Source of the DNA: a bacterium | GTDB lineage: Bacteria; Acidobacteriota; Blastocatellia; HR10 | Length of the DNA: 52,556 bases | Assembly (NCBI GenBank): GCA_041640655.1 | Contig: JBEPZV010000013.1 | Location: forward strand, 1-52,556 | Direction: 5' to 3' | Part shown: positions 8,401 to 17,657 of the stretch, piece by piece | Numbering within the stretch: position 1 is the stretch's first letter | How the letters are laid out: the number at the start of each line of letters is the position of its first letter | Position numbers and translations under genes: made by a program | Notes under the pieces: model-generated | What the model was told of the DNA's origin: nothing | The model's database searches: none | The model's input: the letters and a program-made list of their open reading frames with translations, nothing else

Positions 8401-8726
8401 AGTTGCAACGTCACGTTGAGCGCGACGCGATCATTGACCGAGAGGATGATGTTCTCGCGCACGAAGCGCTTGAATCCCGGTGCTTCGACCGTGAGTTGGT
8501 AGCGGCCGACCGGCAGATAGGTCAGCACGTAGTTCCCCTCCTCATCCGTGCGCACGCTGCGGGAGAAGCCCGTGTCCATGTTCTTCACGACGACCTCAGC
8601 TCCCGGGACGACAGCCCCCGTCGGATCGCTCACGCGACCGACGATCGTCGCCGTCAGCTCCTGTGCGCCGACGATGAGCGTCGAGAGGCCGAGCATTGTG
8701 AGGATGGCGGAAAGTCTCCTCCTCAT
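5469..8726 (-). CDS. TonB-dependent receptor, Oar-like, with N-terminal carboxypeptidase-regulatory-like domain
   Basis: Signal peptide, GRVSDPTGAVVPGA, YSAEFGRNAGG, C-terminal QFRAEFFNAFNH...PRIIQFGLKLSF. Confidence 0.93.
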   Translation of the reverse strand: MRRRLSAILTMLGLSTLIVGAQELTATIVGRVSDPTGAVVPGAEVVVKNMDTGFSRSVRTDEEGNYVLTYLPVGRYQLTVEAPGFKRFVRENIILSVNDRVALNVTLQLGEIQETVTVTAEEVLVQQSPTISGLVSGRQMTELPLNNRNFVQLTYLVPGVSSALPSQVGFGGLSVISISVSGSRTSGINWLIDGGRNVDTGSNLTLFNYPSVDAVAEFRILTNVYSAEFGRNAGGVVNIITKSGTREFHGGAYHFLRNDVITAREPFRFTPPIVGRTSLKPPLRYNNFGWNIGGPVTLFGYNRQREKTFFFFSQEFRRIREFTTPRTTVPTAAMRRGDFSGFPAIRDPQTGQPFPGNSIPPDRIDPNARIIVERLFPLPNAAAEGDPRFYRPTLPQPVNFRQELWRVDHIFTPNFRVWARYIRDIFSRVEPGGLFNNILLPDVATTATDTPAVNFKVAATHVLGTRAVSEFAYDFSRNQIISNIIGRGKRSALGLRIPEIFPGNRDLVPNISISGFAGISFFGPYRNGNPSHSFTYNFTYTTGKHTFKTGAFIATERKFENSGGNPVDGSFTFDGRFTGNAFADFLLGLASSYTEDQVDVNLDLRYNTYEFYAQDSWKVRPNLTLDFGVRFSMFGNPVEKNNLLQTFRPDLYRPERAVQLDARGFIIPGSGDRFNGMIFSGENSPFGRRVQENNFDLIGPRFGFAWDPSGRGKSVLRGGYGIYYDRSLTGIVLQNGFVNPKANTRVTIDNALLSNPAAGVTRETILPISLLTTGFPFRAPTMQQWNLSYQRELFPQTLFEIGYVGSGGNNLLRLININQPRPLAANQAGGVINRVRPYLGYALIQERQTTGISRYHSLQMSIQKRMSRGFSIGGVYTWGKNMTTASTDRSDAPQDSLNIRAERAPSSFQRQHVLTINYIWELPTLREAHPAVRAVFGGWQLSGITTFWSGLPFTVFQSGDTLLVGPFPAGGSTRPDLIANPRLPKGQRTPARWFNTDAFRRATTTFGTAGRNIIRAAGVNNWDISLMKNFALTEQVRVQFRAEFFNAFNHTQLGAPSATLGVAGFGSVSSARDPRIIQFGLKLSF

Positions 8727-9074
8727 ACATCCCTCCTTAGCGTCGAGATTCACGCCCGCGAAGATTGTACTCAACTTGGCGGGGGAAGTCGAACGAGAAG
8801 ATTTGATGGGTTCGATAACGCTTCCTGATGGAGCGCGCGTTCGACCCGAGGCGGAGTATCGGTGCCGTGCTCGGGATCGAGGAGAGACGCGGCGATTCTC
8901 GGTTTCTCACCGGAATGCCGCGTGGGTGTCGGAGAGGCTCGCGCGCGGTCGCGAGGCTCGTCGCGCAGATCCGGTGATCCCTACTGCTCCAGCTCGCGAG
9001 GCCGACATCCGAAACGTGGTTTCGAGCGATCTGCGGGATAGGGCTTTTGGCGATCCCCCCTTCGGGTGGAGCTG

Positions 9075-9127
9075 GCGTGAGCGGGTGCCCGAATGTCGCT
9101 CGGAGCGAGCCGAAGGCGGGCCTGGGG
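9075..9127 (+). repeat. Degenerate REP-like palindromic element
   Basis: GCGTGAGCGGGTGCCCGAATGTCGCTCGGAGCGAGCCGAAGGCGGGCCTGGGG resembles the units at 10648 and 10920. Confidence 0.5.
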
Positions 9128-9162
9128 ACTGCGAGCTGAACGTCGCCTCGGGCGAGTGCGCT

Positions 9163-10530
9163 CTACGCCTTCTTCGGCGTGTTGCCCACGCGTCGAGGGC
9201 GCGAGCGTGGTGAGGCCGCGCGCTGCTGGATGCGGTGGATGGCGAGATTGGCCGCGTTGACCAGTTCCGGATCTTCAGCGCTCAGCAAGGGCGTCAGGTG
9301 CTCGATGGCGTCGCGCGAGCCGATGCGGCCGAGCGCTTCCACGACCGATCGGCGTGCGCGCACGCTGCCACGCCGAAGGAGAGGATACAGATCCGAAGGC
9401 TCGACCTCGAGCAGATACGCGGCGGCCTGCGCGTGATGCCCCCCATCCAGCTCTTGGAAGATGGCTTCGAGAAATTCTCGCCGGCCGAGCCGATAGAGGG
9501 CGAAGGCGAGCGCCAGTTGCACGCTCCGATCTCTCTCCTGCAAGCGCGCCAGTGAGAGGCGCTCGACATAATGCGTATCGCCCAGGCGCGCCAAGCCCTC
9601 GGCGGCGAAGCGGCGCCGGTCGGGAGAGGGGTGAGTGAGATTCTGAAGGAAGATCGGCTCGGCCGCGCGATCTCCAAGACGCGCCAGCGCCTCCAGCGCT
9701 AAGCGCGCCGTCTCCTCATCGCGCGGTCGCTCGAAGACTTCGATCAGCTTCGGCACGGCGTCGGCCACGCGCAGGAGACCGACGGCGATCACAGCCGATT
9801 TTCGCACATCGGCGTCGGGATCGTTGAGGAAGGGGATGATGTAGGTGCCGGCTCGGGGATCGCCGAGCTTCATGAACGTCTTCAGGATTTCGACGCGAAG
9901 GGCGCTCTGACCCATGAAGAGGCGTCCGAGCTGTGGGACGATGTCGGTCGCGCGCAGGACGCCCAGAGCGCGAACGGCCGCGCGACGCACGCTGAGATCC
10001 CCATCGGTTTGCGCGACGCGCAGAAGGCCTTGGACGATCCGATCATCTACTTTTGTCTCCGGCTCGATGATGGTCGCCTCATAGGTGCTCAGGAAGGGAT
10101 TGAGGATGTGCCAGCCCCGGCGCTCGGCCGTGATGAACTCGATGTTCGCTTCGATGTAGAAGCTGACGAGGGCCAGGATCGCGGCCCGACGCACATCGCG
10201 ATGTGCATCCGAGAGCGCGCTCAGCAGAGCCGGAAGCGTCGCTTCGTCCTTGATCAGACCGAGGGCGCGTGCGGCCTCTCGACGCACATCAGCGCGCGTA
10301 TCGGTGCGGAGAGTGTGTGCCAGGGCTTCGGCAGCCTCCCGCTGTCGGCGCTCGCCCAATTTTCGCGCGGCCTCCTGTCGCGTCTTCGGGATCGGACTCC
10401 GGAGATTGGCGATCAACTCCTCGGTTGTCTGCTCATGCCCGCGCGCGAGTGCGCTCGTGTGAAGGCTCACGAGAAGAGCGATGATGATCTGCGTCACGCT
10501 CGCACCTCCGCTCGCGTCTCGCGCTCGCAT
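9163..10530 (-). CDS. HEAT/PBS-lyase repeat protein, probably exported
   Basis: Many DxDVRxxAxxALG repeats; hydrophobic N-terminus. Confidence 0.88.
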   Translation of the reverse strand: MRARDASGGASVTQIIIALLVSLHTSALARGHEQTTEELIANLRSPIPKTRQEAARKLGERRQREAAEALAHTLRTDTRADVRREAARALGLIKDEATLPALLSALSDAHRDVRRAAILALVSFYIEANIEFITAERRGWHILNPFLSTYEATIIEPETKVDDRIVQGLLRVAQTDGDLSVRRAAVRALGVLRATDIVPQLGRLFMGQSALRVEILKTFMKLGDPRAGTYIIPFLNDPDADVRKSAVIAVGLLRVADAVPKLIEVFERPRDEETARLALEALARLGDRAAEPIFLQNLTHPSPDRRRFAAEGLARLGDTHYVERLSLARLQERDRSVQLALAFALYRLGRREFLEAIFQELDGGHHAQAAAYLLEVEPSDLYPLLRRGSVRARRSVVEALGRIGSRDAIEHLTPLLSAEDPELVNAANLAIHRIQQRAASPRSRPRRVGNTPKKA

Positions 10531-10647
10531 CGAATGCCGCGCGTGTCGTCCGGATCGTCACCAGGCGATTCTACCCGCGATGGGGGAAAAGTCAAGGAGG
10601 GAGGCGGATTCGGTCGAGCCTTCCTCCCGCCCGCGCCGGGTCCGCAT

Positions 10648-10974
10648 CCCGCGTGAGCGGGCGTACAGGTGTAGCCCGGGACGAGTCGAAGGCGAACCCG
10701 TTCGAGAGACCGCCATTCCGCATCGCGCCCGCGGAGCCAGCGAGCGAGTTTAGCTGAGGGTGAGTCGGAGGCGCGCTCAAGGACATCATCCCCGAGCCCC
10801 CGAAGGAGGACGGCCCATCCGCGCAGTCACACGCGGTGTTTGTGCAAACGGCGTCATGGTCCGCCGCCGGATGGACCGCCCGCGTGCGCGGGCTTGGGGT
10901 TGGGTTTTGGCTCCTTGTTCCTGGGGCTCGCTGCGCTCACCTCGGGCCACATTCGGTCGCCCGCTTCACGGGCT
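10648..10974. repeat. REP/BIME-like composite: degenerate ~50-bp inverted units with internal palindromes
   Basis: 10648-10700 (CCCGCGTGAGCGGGCGTACAGGTGTAGCCCGGG...) approximates the reverse complement of 10920-10974; extra CCCGCGTGCGCGGG palindrome near 10879-10892. Confidence 0.6.
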
Positions 10975-11026
10975 CACGCGTGGGTGATCTCACAACGTAG
11001 GCTCGCTCCCCTTCCCATGGGAGAGC

Positions 11027-12010
11027 TCACGGTGATGTGGGGGCGACCTGAGCCGTCGGGACGCGACCGAGCAGCTCCGTCAAGCGGTCGAGATCAATGT
11101 TGCTGCCGGTGAGGATCACGCCGATCTTCCGGCCGAAATCGCGCGAGGATTCCAAGAGCGCGGCCACGCCGACGGCTCCGGCGCCTTCGACGACCTGATG
11201 TTCGTGCTTGAGCAGCAGGACGATCGCCTCGCGAATCGCCTTCTCCGAGACGAGCAAGATGTCGTCCACGTACTGCCGAATGATGGGGAACGTGATGGCA
11301 TCCGGCTCAATATTTCCCGCCAAGCCATCGGCGAGTGTCTCTCGTTCCTGGACGACGACAAGGCGGCCGGCTCGGAAGGATTCGTACATGGCGGGGGAAT
11401 TCTCCGACTGCACGCCGAAGATGGCGATCTTCGGGTTCACGGCGCGCGCGGCGAGAGCGACGCCGGCCAGCAGGCCGCCGCCTCCGGTTGGGACCAGAAG
11501 CGCGTCCAACTGCGGCAGCGCCTCCAGCATCTCCAGGGCGATCGTCCCCTGGCCGCAGATGATGTCGGCATCGTTGTAGGGGGAGATGAAGAGGGCGCCC
11601 GAGCGCGCAGCCATCTCGCGCGCCTGCTGCTCGGCCTCGTCGTAATCCTCGCCCACAAGCAGCAGGCTGACGCGATGTCGGGCGATGGCCTCGATCTTCG
11701 TCGGCGCCGCTGTGCGCGGAACGATGATCGTCGCGCGCGCGTTGAAGAGTTCGGCGCCATAGGCGACGGCGCGCCCGTGATTGCCTGCGGAGACGGTGAA
11801 CAGCTCGCGCTCCCGTGCTGTGGGGCCCAGCCGCGCGAGCTTGTAGAGTGCGCCGCGCACTTTGAATGAGCCCGTCAGTTGCAAATTCTCGAGTTTCAGA
11901 TAGACGTCTGCCGAACGGTGCTCCGACAGCCAAGCGGAGCGAAGCAGCGGCGTCGGCCAGATCAAACCGCGCAACGTCTGCCGCGCTCGCAAAATCTCTC
12001 GCAGGTTCAT
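11027..12010 (-). CDS. Threonine/serine dehydratase (PLP), no ACT domain
   Basis: KLENLQLTGSFKVRG, SAGNHG, PTGGGGL, GSNID. Confidence 0.92.
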   Translation of the reverse strand: MNLREILRARQTLRGLIWPTPLLRSAWLSEHRSADVYLKLENLQLTGSFKVRGALYKLARLGPTARERELFTVSAGNHGRAVAYGAELFNARATIIVPRTAAPTKIEAIARHRVSLLLVGEDYDEAEQQAREMAARSGALFISPYNDADIICGQGTIALEMLEALPQLDALLVPTGGGGLLAGVALAARAVNPKIAIFGVQSENSPAMYESFRAGRLVVVQERETLADGLAGNIEPDAITFPIIRQYVDDILLVSEKAIREAIVLLLKHEHQVVEGAGAVGVAALLESSRDFGRKIGVILTGSNIDLDRLTELLGRVPTAQVAPTSP

Positions 12011-12079
12011 AGTCGCGGCGCATTATATGGGGGTTCCGACGCCCGTATCAAGATCGAGCCGGTGGCTTCGGCGCCCCGC

Positions 12080-12661
12080 TCAGCGTCCTGCCGGATTCGC
12101 GCGATTGTATTCGGTGATGAAGTCGCGTGTGATGTCGAGCGCGGGATCGAAATAGCTGATGGCGCCGGCCTGGCTGAGCACGGCGTGATCGAGCACGAGC
12201 TGAATCTGCCGCGTCTGCGCGTATGAGGCCAGGAAGGTGAAGATGCGTTCGCGAATGGGATCGGTCGCGCGGCGCATGGCGCGCTCGTAGTCGCGCTGGA
12301 AATCCTCATTCTCGCGCTGGTAGCGGCTCTGCAGCTCCTCCAACTCGTCCTGCTTCTGCTCGCGCGCTTGGGGGGTGAGGTTCGCCCACTGCGTCTGGAG
12401 CTCGCGCTGCAGGCTTTGAATTTGCTGCTGCAGTTTCTGTAGCGCCGCCAGGCGATCGCGGAACGATTCATCCGTCTGCCGCATTTGCTGCAGCAGTTGC
12501 TGAATGCCATTCTCCGTGGTGAAGAGGCGGCTATCAATGATGGCGATCTTCACCGCCGGCGTATTGGAGGTCGGTTGAGGGGCTTGCTGCCGCGCGGCGA
12601 AGGCCCATCCGGCCGTCCACATGAGGCCGGCCAGAGCGATCGTGGACCATCTCCCTCTCAT
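12080..12661 (-). CDS. skp: OmpH/Skp periplasmic chaperone
   Basis: Signal peptide, KIAIID, coiled coil, LVLD...DIT C-terminus. Confidence 0.82.
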   Translation of the reverse strand: MRGRWSTIALAGLMWTAGWAFAARQQAPQPTSNTPAVKIAIIDSRLFTTENGIQQLLQQMRQTDESFRDRLAALQKLQQQIQSLQRELQTQWANLTPQAREQKQDELEELQSRYQRENEDFQRDYERAMRRATDPIRERIFTFLASYAQTRQIQLVLDHAVLSQAGAISYFDPALDITRDFITEYNRANPAGR

Positions 12662-12786
12662 CTCTTCTCCCTCCTTCGGCCGATGTCTTCAGACAAGTCA
12701 CTCATTTTAGCACGAGGGGGAAGCGCTTCCCAATTTGAGAGCGGGAACGGTCTCTGAGGAGAGACCACGCTTTTCGCCGGGGGGCG

Positions 12787-15297
12787 TCAGCGATCCGCCG
12801 AAGGAGGGCGAACGCGAAGCGGGCGCGCTTTGGGAGAGAGATCCTCTGGAGGTGGCTCCACCGAAGGCGGGAGAGGCGGATTCTCCGAAGGGACTTCCAG
12901 CGGCGGCAACTCTTCGACCGGTTGACCCGGATGCAGCGTGCAAACGTCGGTGACCTCGCGGCCTTGGATGAAGAGTTCCACGCGCTTCTCCGGGCACTGA
13001 TCGGTCGCGCGCAGCCCTGTCTGCGGATCCACGACGTGCTCGACGATCCCCTCCGGCGGGGCGAAGCTTCCCGTCGTGAGGTCCGGGCGGAGCGCAGCCA
13101 CCTGTCGCATGAAGGCGATCCAGATGGGGAGGGCGGCTCGCGACGCAGCTAGCGGCAGTGGCCGATTATCGTCGAAGCCCACCCAGACGACCACGACGAC
13201 GTGAGGGGTGAATCCAACGAACCACGCATCGCTCCGCTGCGATGTCCCGGTCTTCCCCGCGAGGGCGGAGAGGCCGAGTGCGCTCGCCGCATATCCGGTC
13301 CCGTACGGTTCGGTGATGACGCTCCGCAGTGCGCTGGTCACCAGATAGGCCACGGCGGCGGGCATCGCCTCCGCCCGTTGAGGGGTCGTCTCCTGAAGCA
13401 TGTGCCCTTCGGCCGTGAGGATGCGCGCGATGGCGAAAGGCGACGTGCGCTGTCCGCCGCCCGGGAAGACCGTATAAGCCGCCGCCAGCTCCAGCGGCGT
13501 GACTTCAGAGGCGCCCAGAGCCGTCGCCGCTTGCGCGGGCGGACGCGGCAGCCCGCAGCGCTCGATCATGCGGGCGACCGTCCCGTATCCGATCTCCTGC
13601 GCGATCTGCACGGTGATGACATTGAGTGAACGCGCCAGCGCTTCGCGCACGCTCACCGGACGAAGCAGATAGGTATCGCCGAAATTCTTCGGCGCATATC
13701 CCCCCTCGAACGTGCGCGGTTCGTCCATATAGAGATCGGCGAGCGTCACGGGTCTGCCCTCGTGTTCTCCCGATTCCAGAGCCGCCGCGTAGACGAACGG
13801 CTTGATGGCCGAGCCCGGTTGCCGCCGCGCATCGGTCGCGCGGTTGAACTGGCTCTCGGTGTAGTTCCGCCCGCCGATCATGGCCAGGATCTCTCCCGTG
13901 CGGGCGTGAAGGGCGACGAGCGCGCCTTGCACGGTTCCGGGAGGGATGCGCTCCCGACGTCGCTGCAGCTCCCGATCCAGTCGCTCCAACCCCTCGGTCA
14001 GGACGGCCGTGGCCGCGCGCTGCAGGTCCATGTCAATGGTCGTGTAGACGCGATAGCCGAGCTGGGCCAGATCACTTGTCGGGAACAATTCGCCCAATTG
14101 CTCCTGAACGTAGTCGAGGAAATAGGGGGCGCTCACCTCGGCCCCCGGACGCCCGGCGCGGAAGCGCAGCTCCAGGGGCGCTCTTTGGGCCCGCTCGGCC
14201 TCACGTGGGGTGATGTATCCCTGCTCGACCATGAGATCGAGCACGAGATTGCGGCGGCGGAGGCCACGCTCCACGACCTCCGGACGAGGGGTGCTGGTGA
14301 TGTAATACCCCGGACGGTGGATGATTCCGGCTAGGAAGGCCGATTCAGGGAGCGTCAGCTGCGAGACGTCCTTGTTGAAATACTCCCGCGCGGCAGCGCC
14401 GATGCCGTAGACCGAGAGTCCGCCCCGCCGTCCGAGATAGATGACGTTGACATAGCGGGTGAAGATCTCCTCCTTGCTCAGCCGTCGCTCCAGTGCCAGG
14501 GCGAGGAACGCCTCGCGCACCTTGCGCCGCAGCGTTCGCTCTGAGCCGGTCAGGATATTTTTGACCAACTGTTGCGTGATCGTCGAGCCGCCTTGAACGG
14601 CCTCGCCCGCGCGGAGATCATGCCAGAGGGCGCGCAAGATGCCCAGGTAATCCACGCCCGTGTGCTCGAAGAAGCGTTTATCCTCGACGGCGACGATCGC
14701 TTGAACGAGATGGCGGGGGAGCTGCTTATACTCGACGTCCAGACGCATGCCGCGGCTGGAATCCCCTGAGGCTCCGGCCGTTCGAGCGATGGAGCCGATC
14801 GGCTCCGGTTCGAGCAGGGCGCTCTCCAGATCCCGGCCGGTCTCCAGGTCCGTGAGGCGTTCAATGGTGCGCCCGTCGCGGGAGAAGGTGATGCGCACGC
14901 GTGGGAAACGATCCCCGGCTTGAGGGCCGGGCCACACCTCCACGCTCTGTCGCACGATCCGGTACCGGCGGCGCTGCGGATCGTCCGTCTTCGACCACTC
15001 GGTGTATCCGGCGCGGCTGAGGTGCTCCAGCAGCCGCTCGCGCGAGAGGCGTTGCCCCACGCGAATCCGGCGCGGAGCAGCGTAAAAGATCGTCGGTTCG
15101 CTCACCCCCAGGCGTCCACTGAGCCACGCGTCCAATGTCGCTTCGGCCTCGAGATAGAGGTAGGTGGCGGCCGCGAGGCTCACCGCAAGGCCGATCGCGA
15201 GCGCGAGCAATCCCCGAAAGGCCCACCGCCGTTCGGCCCGGCGCTCGATGGCGAGGGCTGATGAAGACGCCCTTCGGTTGGCCCGGCGTCGTCCCAT
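12787..15297 (-). CDS. Class A penicillin-binding protein (PBP1A/1B)
   Basis: EDKRFFEHTGVD, QGGSTITQQLVKN, RKVRE, SAIK, SLN and KTGT motifs. Confidence 0.95.
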   Translation of the reverse strand: MGRRRANRRASSSALAIERRAERRWAFRGLLALAIGLAVSLAAATYLYLEAEATLDAWLSGRLGVSEPTIFYAAPRRIRVGQRLSRERLLEHLSRAGYTEWSKTDDPQRRRYRIVRQSVEVWPGPQAGDRFPRVRITFSRDGRTIERLTDLETGRDLESALLEPEPIGSIARTAGASGDSSRGMRLDVEYKQLPRHLVQAIVAVEDKRFFEHTGVDYLGILRALWHDLRAGEAVQGGSTITQQLVKNILTGSERTLRRKVREAFLALALERRLSKEEIFTRYVNVIYLGRRGGLSVYGIGAAAREYFNKDVSQLTLPESAFLAGIIHRPGYYITSTPRPEVVERGLRRRNLVLDLMVEQGYITPREAERAQRAPLELRFRAGRPGAEVSAPYFLDYVQEQLGELFPTSDLAQLGYRVYTTIDMDLQRAATAVLTEGLERLDRELQRRRERIPPGTVQGALVALHARTGEILAMIGGRNYTESQFNRATDARRQPGSAIKPFVYAAALESGEHEGRPVTLADLYMDEPRTFEGGYAPKNFGDTYLLRPVSVREALARSLNVITVQIAQEIGYGTVARMIERCGLPRPPAQAATALGASEVTPLELAAAYTVFPGGGQRTSPFAIARILTAEGHMLQETTPQRAEAMPAAVAYLVTSALRSVITEPYGTGYAASALGLSALAGKTGTSQRSDAWFVGFTPHVVVVVWVGFDDNRPLPLAASRAALPIWIAFMRQVAALRPDLTTGSFAPPEGIVEHVVDPQTGLRATDQCPEKRVELFIQGREVTDVCTLHPGQPVEELPPLEVPSENPPLPPSVEPPPEDLSPKARPLRVRPPSADR

Positions 15298-15309
15298 CGA
15301 GGGAACATT

Positions 15310-16452
15310 TTACGCCATTTTCGGAGGGCGAACCACAGGGAGGCTTCTGCGGATGGGGGTCGTTTCGGAGGCGCGCTTCCTTTGGATGAGGACTTTGAAC
15401 TGCTCGCCCAGATCGCCGGTGAGCAGAAAGTGCTTGAGCGCCAGTCGAGCGGCCACGTCTTCGGCCGAAGATGTGGCCTTCTGAAGCCAGACGCTCGCGC
15501 GCTCCAGCAGCCCTAGTTCCATCAGGAGCGCGCGTTGGCTTTTGAACTCCACGACCTCAAGCCCGAGGCGCTGCCCCGCCGTCATCACCAGTGTGAAGTC
15601 CACGCTCGCCGTGATGTCCTGTTCCCCCACGCGCGCGAGCGGGTCGGAGACGAGCTGACGGCCCCAGAAGCATCGCAGCGTCCCCATCGGACGGGTTCGC
15701 GTGTAGAGCCGATCGGCTGTGTCCCCGTAGTCTATCGTCACGACGTATCCCGCCTTCAGGATCGAGGCGACGCATTCGAGCCAGGGGACGATGTCCATGG
15801 CCAGGTCGGCGATCTGCCCCTCTTCGAGTTCGATGCCGATCTGTTCGAAATATCGCGCGATCTCCGGGCGCGTCAGCTCGCCGAGCGTCCAGGCGAACGC
15901 TTCGTCGCGAAGCGTCACATAGAGTTCCCGCCACTGACCGTGCTCCCGCACGACGCGATGCACGGGGAAGGAGTCGAGCAGCTCGTTGGAGAGGATGATC
16001 CCCGTGAGGCATTCCGGCCCCAGCTCTCGCTCGCTCACCCACGCGACATTGGAGCGCTCGCGGAGGAGCCGTCGCTGTTCCTCTCGCAAGCGGGGACTGA
16101 TCTCGCAGATCAGATAGCGAATCGGGCGGGCTTCCGGCTGTCGCTCGAAAGCCGCCAGCAGATCGGCGGCCAGGCGTCCCGTCCCCGCCCCCCACTCCAA
16201 GAGCGTCCACTCATCCGATGGGACTTCGGCCTCTAGCTCGCGAAAGAGCGCGAGCACTTTCTCGGCCAGCAGCTCTCCGAAGATGGGATGCAGATGCGCG
16301 CTGGTGAGATAATCCCCGCGCGCGCCGATCGTCACGCGCCGCATGTAATATCCGTGCTCGGGATCATACAAGGCGGCCTCCATGAAGTCTCGAAACGGGA
16401 TCGGCCCTTCGGCTCGAAGGCGCGCGCGGAGCTTCTCCTCAAGCGCCGACAT
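15310..16452 (-). CDS. SAM-dependent methyltransferase, MidA/NDUFAF7 family
   Basis: FRDFMEAALYDPEHGYY, GDYLTS, EWGAGTG, SNELLDSFP, IDYG, QDITASVDF. Confidence 0.92.
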   Translation of the reverse strand: MSALEEKLRARLRAEGPIPFRDFMEAALYDPEHGYYMRRVTIGARGDYLTSAHLHPIFGELLAEKVLALFRELEAEVPSDEWTLLEWGAGTGRLAADLLAAFERQPEARPIRYLICEISPRLREEQRRLLRERSNVAWVSERELGPECLTGIILSNELLDSFPVHRVVREHGQWRELYVTLRDEAFAWTLGELTRPEIARYFEQIGIELEEGQIADLAMDIVPWLECVASILKAGYVVTIDYGDTADRLYTRTRPMGTLRCFWGRQLVSDPLARVGEQDITASVDFTLVMTAGQRLGLEVVEFKSQRALLMELGLLERASVWLQKATSSAEDVAARLALKHFLLTGDLGEQFKVLIQRKRASETTPIRRSLPVVRPPKMA

Positions 16453-16538
16453 GGTGGGACAGGAGGAACGGATTCGAGGAGAGATCGAGCAGGCCTCTTC
16501 GATGAAGACCTCCGAGGCCTTCCATTCTCCAAAATAGC

Positions 16539-17078
16539 TCACGCCGCCGATTCGGCGATCGGTGTGACGCGCACCACGCGCTCTCGGCCGAAGATATAGA
16601 GGCTCGGATGCTCGCGCATGATCTTATCCTGCAAGCGCATGAGACCGTAGAGCAGGGCCTCCGGTCGAGGCGGGCAACCGGGGATGTAGACATCTACGGG
16701 AACGACGCGATCCACGCCCTGCAGCGTCGAATACGAATCAAAGGGGCCGCCAACGCTGGCGCAAGCCCCCATGGCGATGACCCATTTGGGCTCCGGCATC
16801 TGATCGTAGACGCGGCGCACAATGGGCGCCATCTTGAGCGTGACCGTCCCGGCGACGATCATCAGATCCGATTGTCGGGGACTCGGGCGAAAGACGCCCG
16901 CCCCGAACCGATCAATGTCAAAGCGCGAGGCCCCGGTGGCCATCATCTCGATGGCGCAGCAGGCGAGCCCGAAGGTCATGGGCCAGAGCGCCGACTTGCG
17001 CGCCCAGTTGAAGACCGTATCCACGGTCGTCGTCAAAAATCCTCCGGCCTGCGCGTACTCCTCCAGGTTCACGTCCAT
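16539..17078 (-). CDS. nuoB: NADH-quinone oxidoreductase subunit B
   Basis: [31 protein letters not shown]. Confidence 0.97.
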   Translation of the reverse strand: MDVNLEEYAQAGGFLTTTVDTVFNWARKSALWPMTFGLACCAIEMMATGASRFDIDRFGAGVFRPSPRQSDLMIVAGTVTLKMAPIVRRVYDQMPEPKWVIAMGACASVGGPFDSYSTLQGVDRVVPVDVYIPGCPPRPEALLYGLMRLQDKIMREHPSLYIFGRERVVRVTPIAESAA

Positions 17079-17449
17079 TCTAGAGCTCCTTTTCGCCAAG
17101 CGTAGTAGTAACCGACGATGAGAAGGCCGAGAAAGACGACCATCTCGATGAGTCCGAAAAGCGCCAGCTTGTCGTAGATGACGGCCCAGGGGAAGAGGAA
17201 GACCGTCTCCACGTCGAAGATCAGAAAGAGCATGGCGATGATGTAGTAGCGCACGGAGAAGCGCTCCCGAGCGTCCAGGATCGGATCCACGCCGCACTCA
17301 TACGGGGAGAGCTTCGGGGCTTCCGGCTTGGCCGGACGCAGCAGCCGCCCGATGCCCAGCACCAGCGCGGGAAAGAGCACCGCGATCAGAAAGAGGACGA
17401 GGATCGGGAGGTACCCGTAGATCGGATCCGTTTGGAGCAAGAGTCCCAT
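17069..17449 (-). CDS. nuoA: NADH-quinone oxidoreductase subunit A
   Basis: [30 protein letters not shown]. Confidence 0.97.
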   Translation of the reverse strand: MGLLLQTDPIYGYLPILVLFLIAVLFPALVLGIGRLLRPAKPEAPKLSPYECGVDPILDARERFSVRYYIIAMLFLIFDVETVFLFPWAVIYDKLALFGLIEMVVFLGLLIVGYYYAWRKGALEWT

Positions 17450-17474
17450 ACGATCTCCTCGCGTGTGAGCATTA

Positions 17475-17504
17475 ATGGTAGGGGGCGGGTGCCGTCCGTG
17501 TCAA
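17475..17504 (-). promoter_or_regulatory. Promoter of nuoA
   Basis: TTGACA, 18-nt spacer, TACCAT on the minus strand. Confidence 0.55.
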
Positions 17505-17550
17505 GGTGCGGGGTTCGAAAGCGCGCGCCGAAGGGCGATCTGAAGAGCAC

Positions 17551-17579
17551 TTGATTTTGGCCAGAGAGCGGGCTATCAT
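17551..17579 (+). promoter_or_regulatory. Promoter of the rimP operon
   Basis: TTGATT, 17-nt spacer, TATCAT. Confidence 0.6.
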
Positions 17580-17619
17580 TTATCTCTCAATTTCAAGTCG
17601 GGTTGGGGGTGATGCGGAC

Positions 17620-17645
17620 GTGGGCTGTTGGCCCACTTTCTTTTT
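17620..17645 (+). terminator. rimP leader hairpin / attenuating terminator
   Basis: GTGGGC-TGTTG-GCCCAC followed by TTTCTTTTT, just upstream of rimP. Confidence 0.75.
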
Positions 17646-17657
17646 GGGGGAGAGGGC

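Noticed and set aside
5439..8828. 1129-aa + strand ORF
   Set aside because: Antisense shadow of the TonB-dependent receptor, typical of GC-rich DNA
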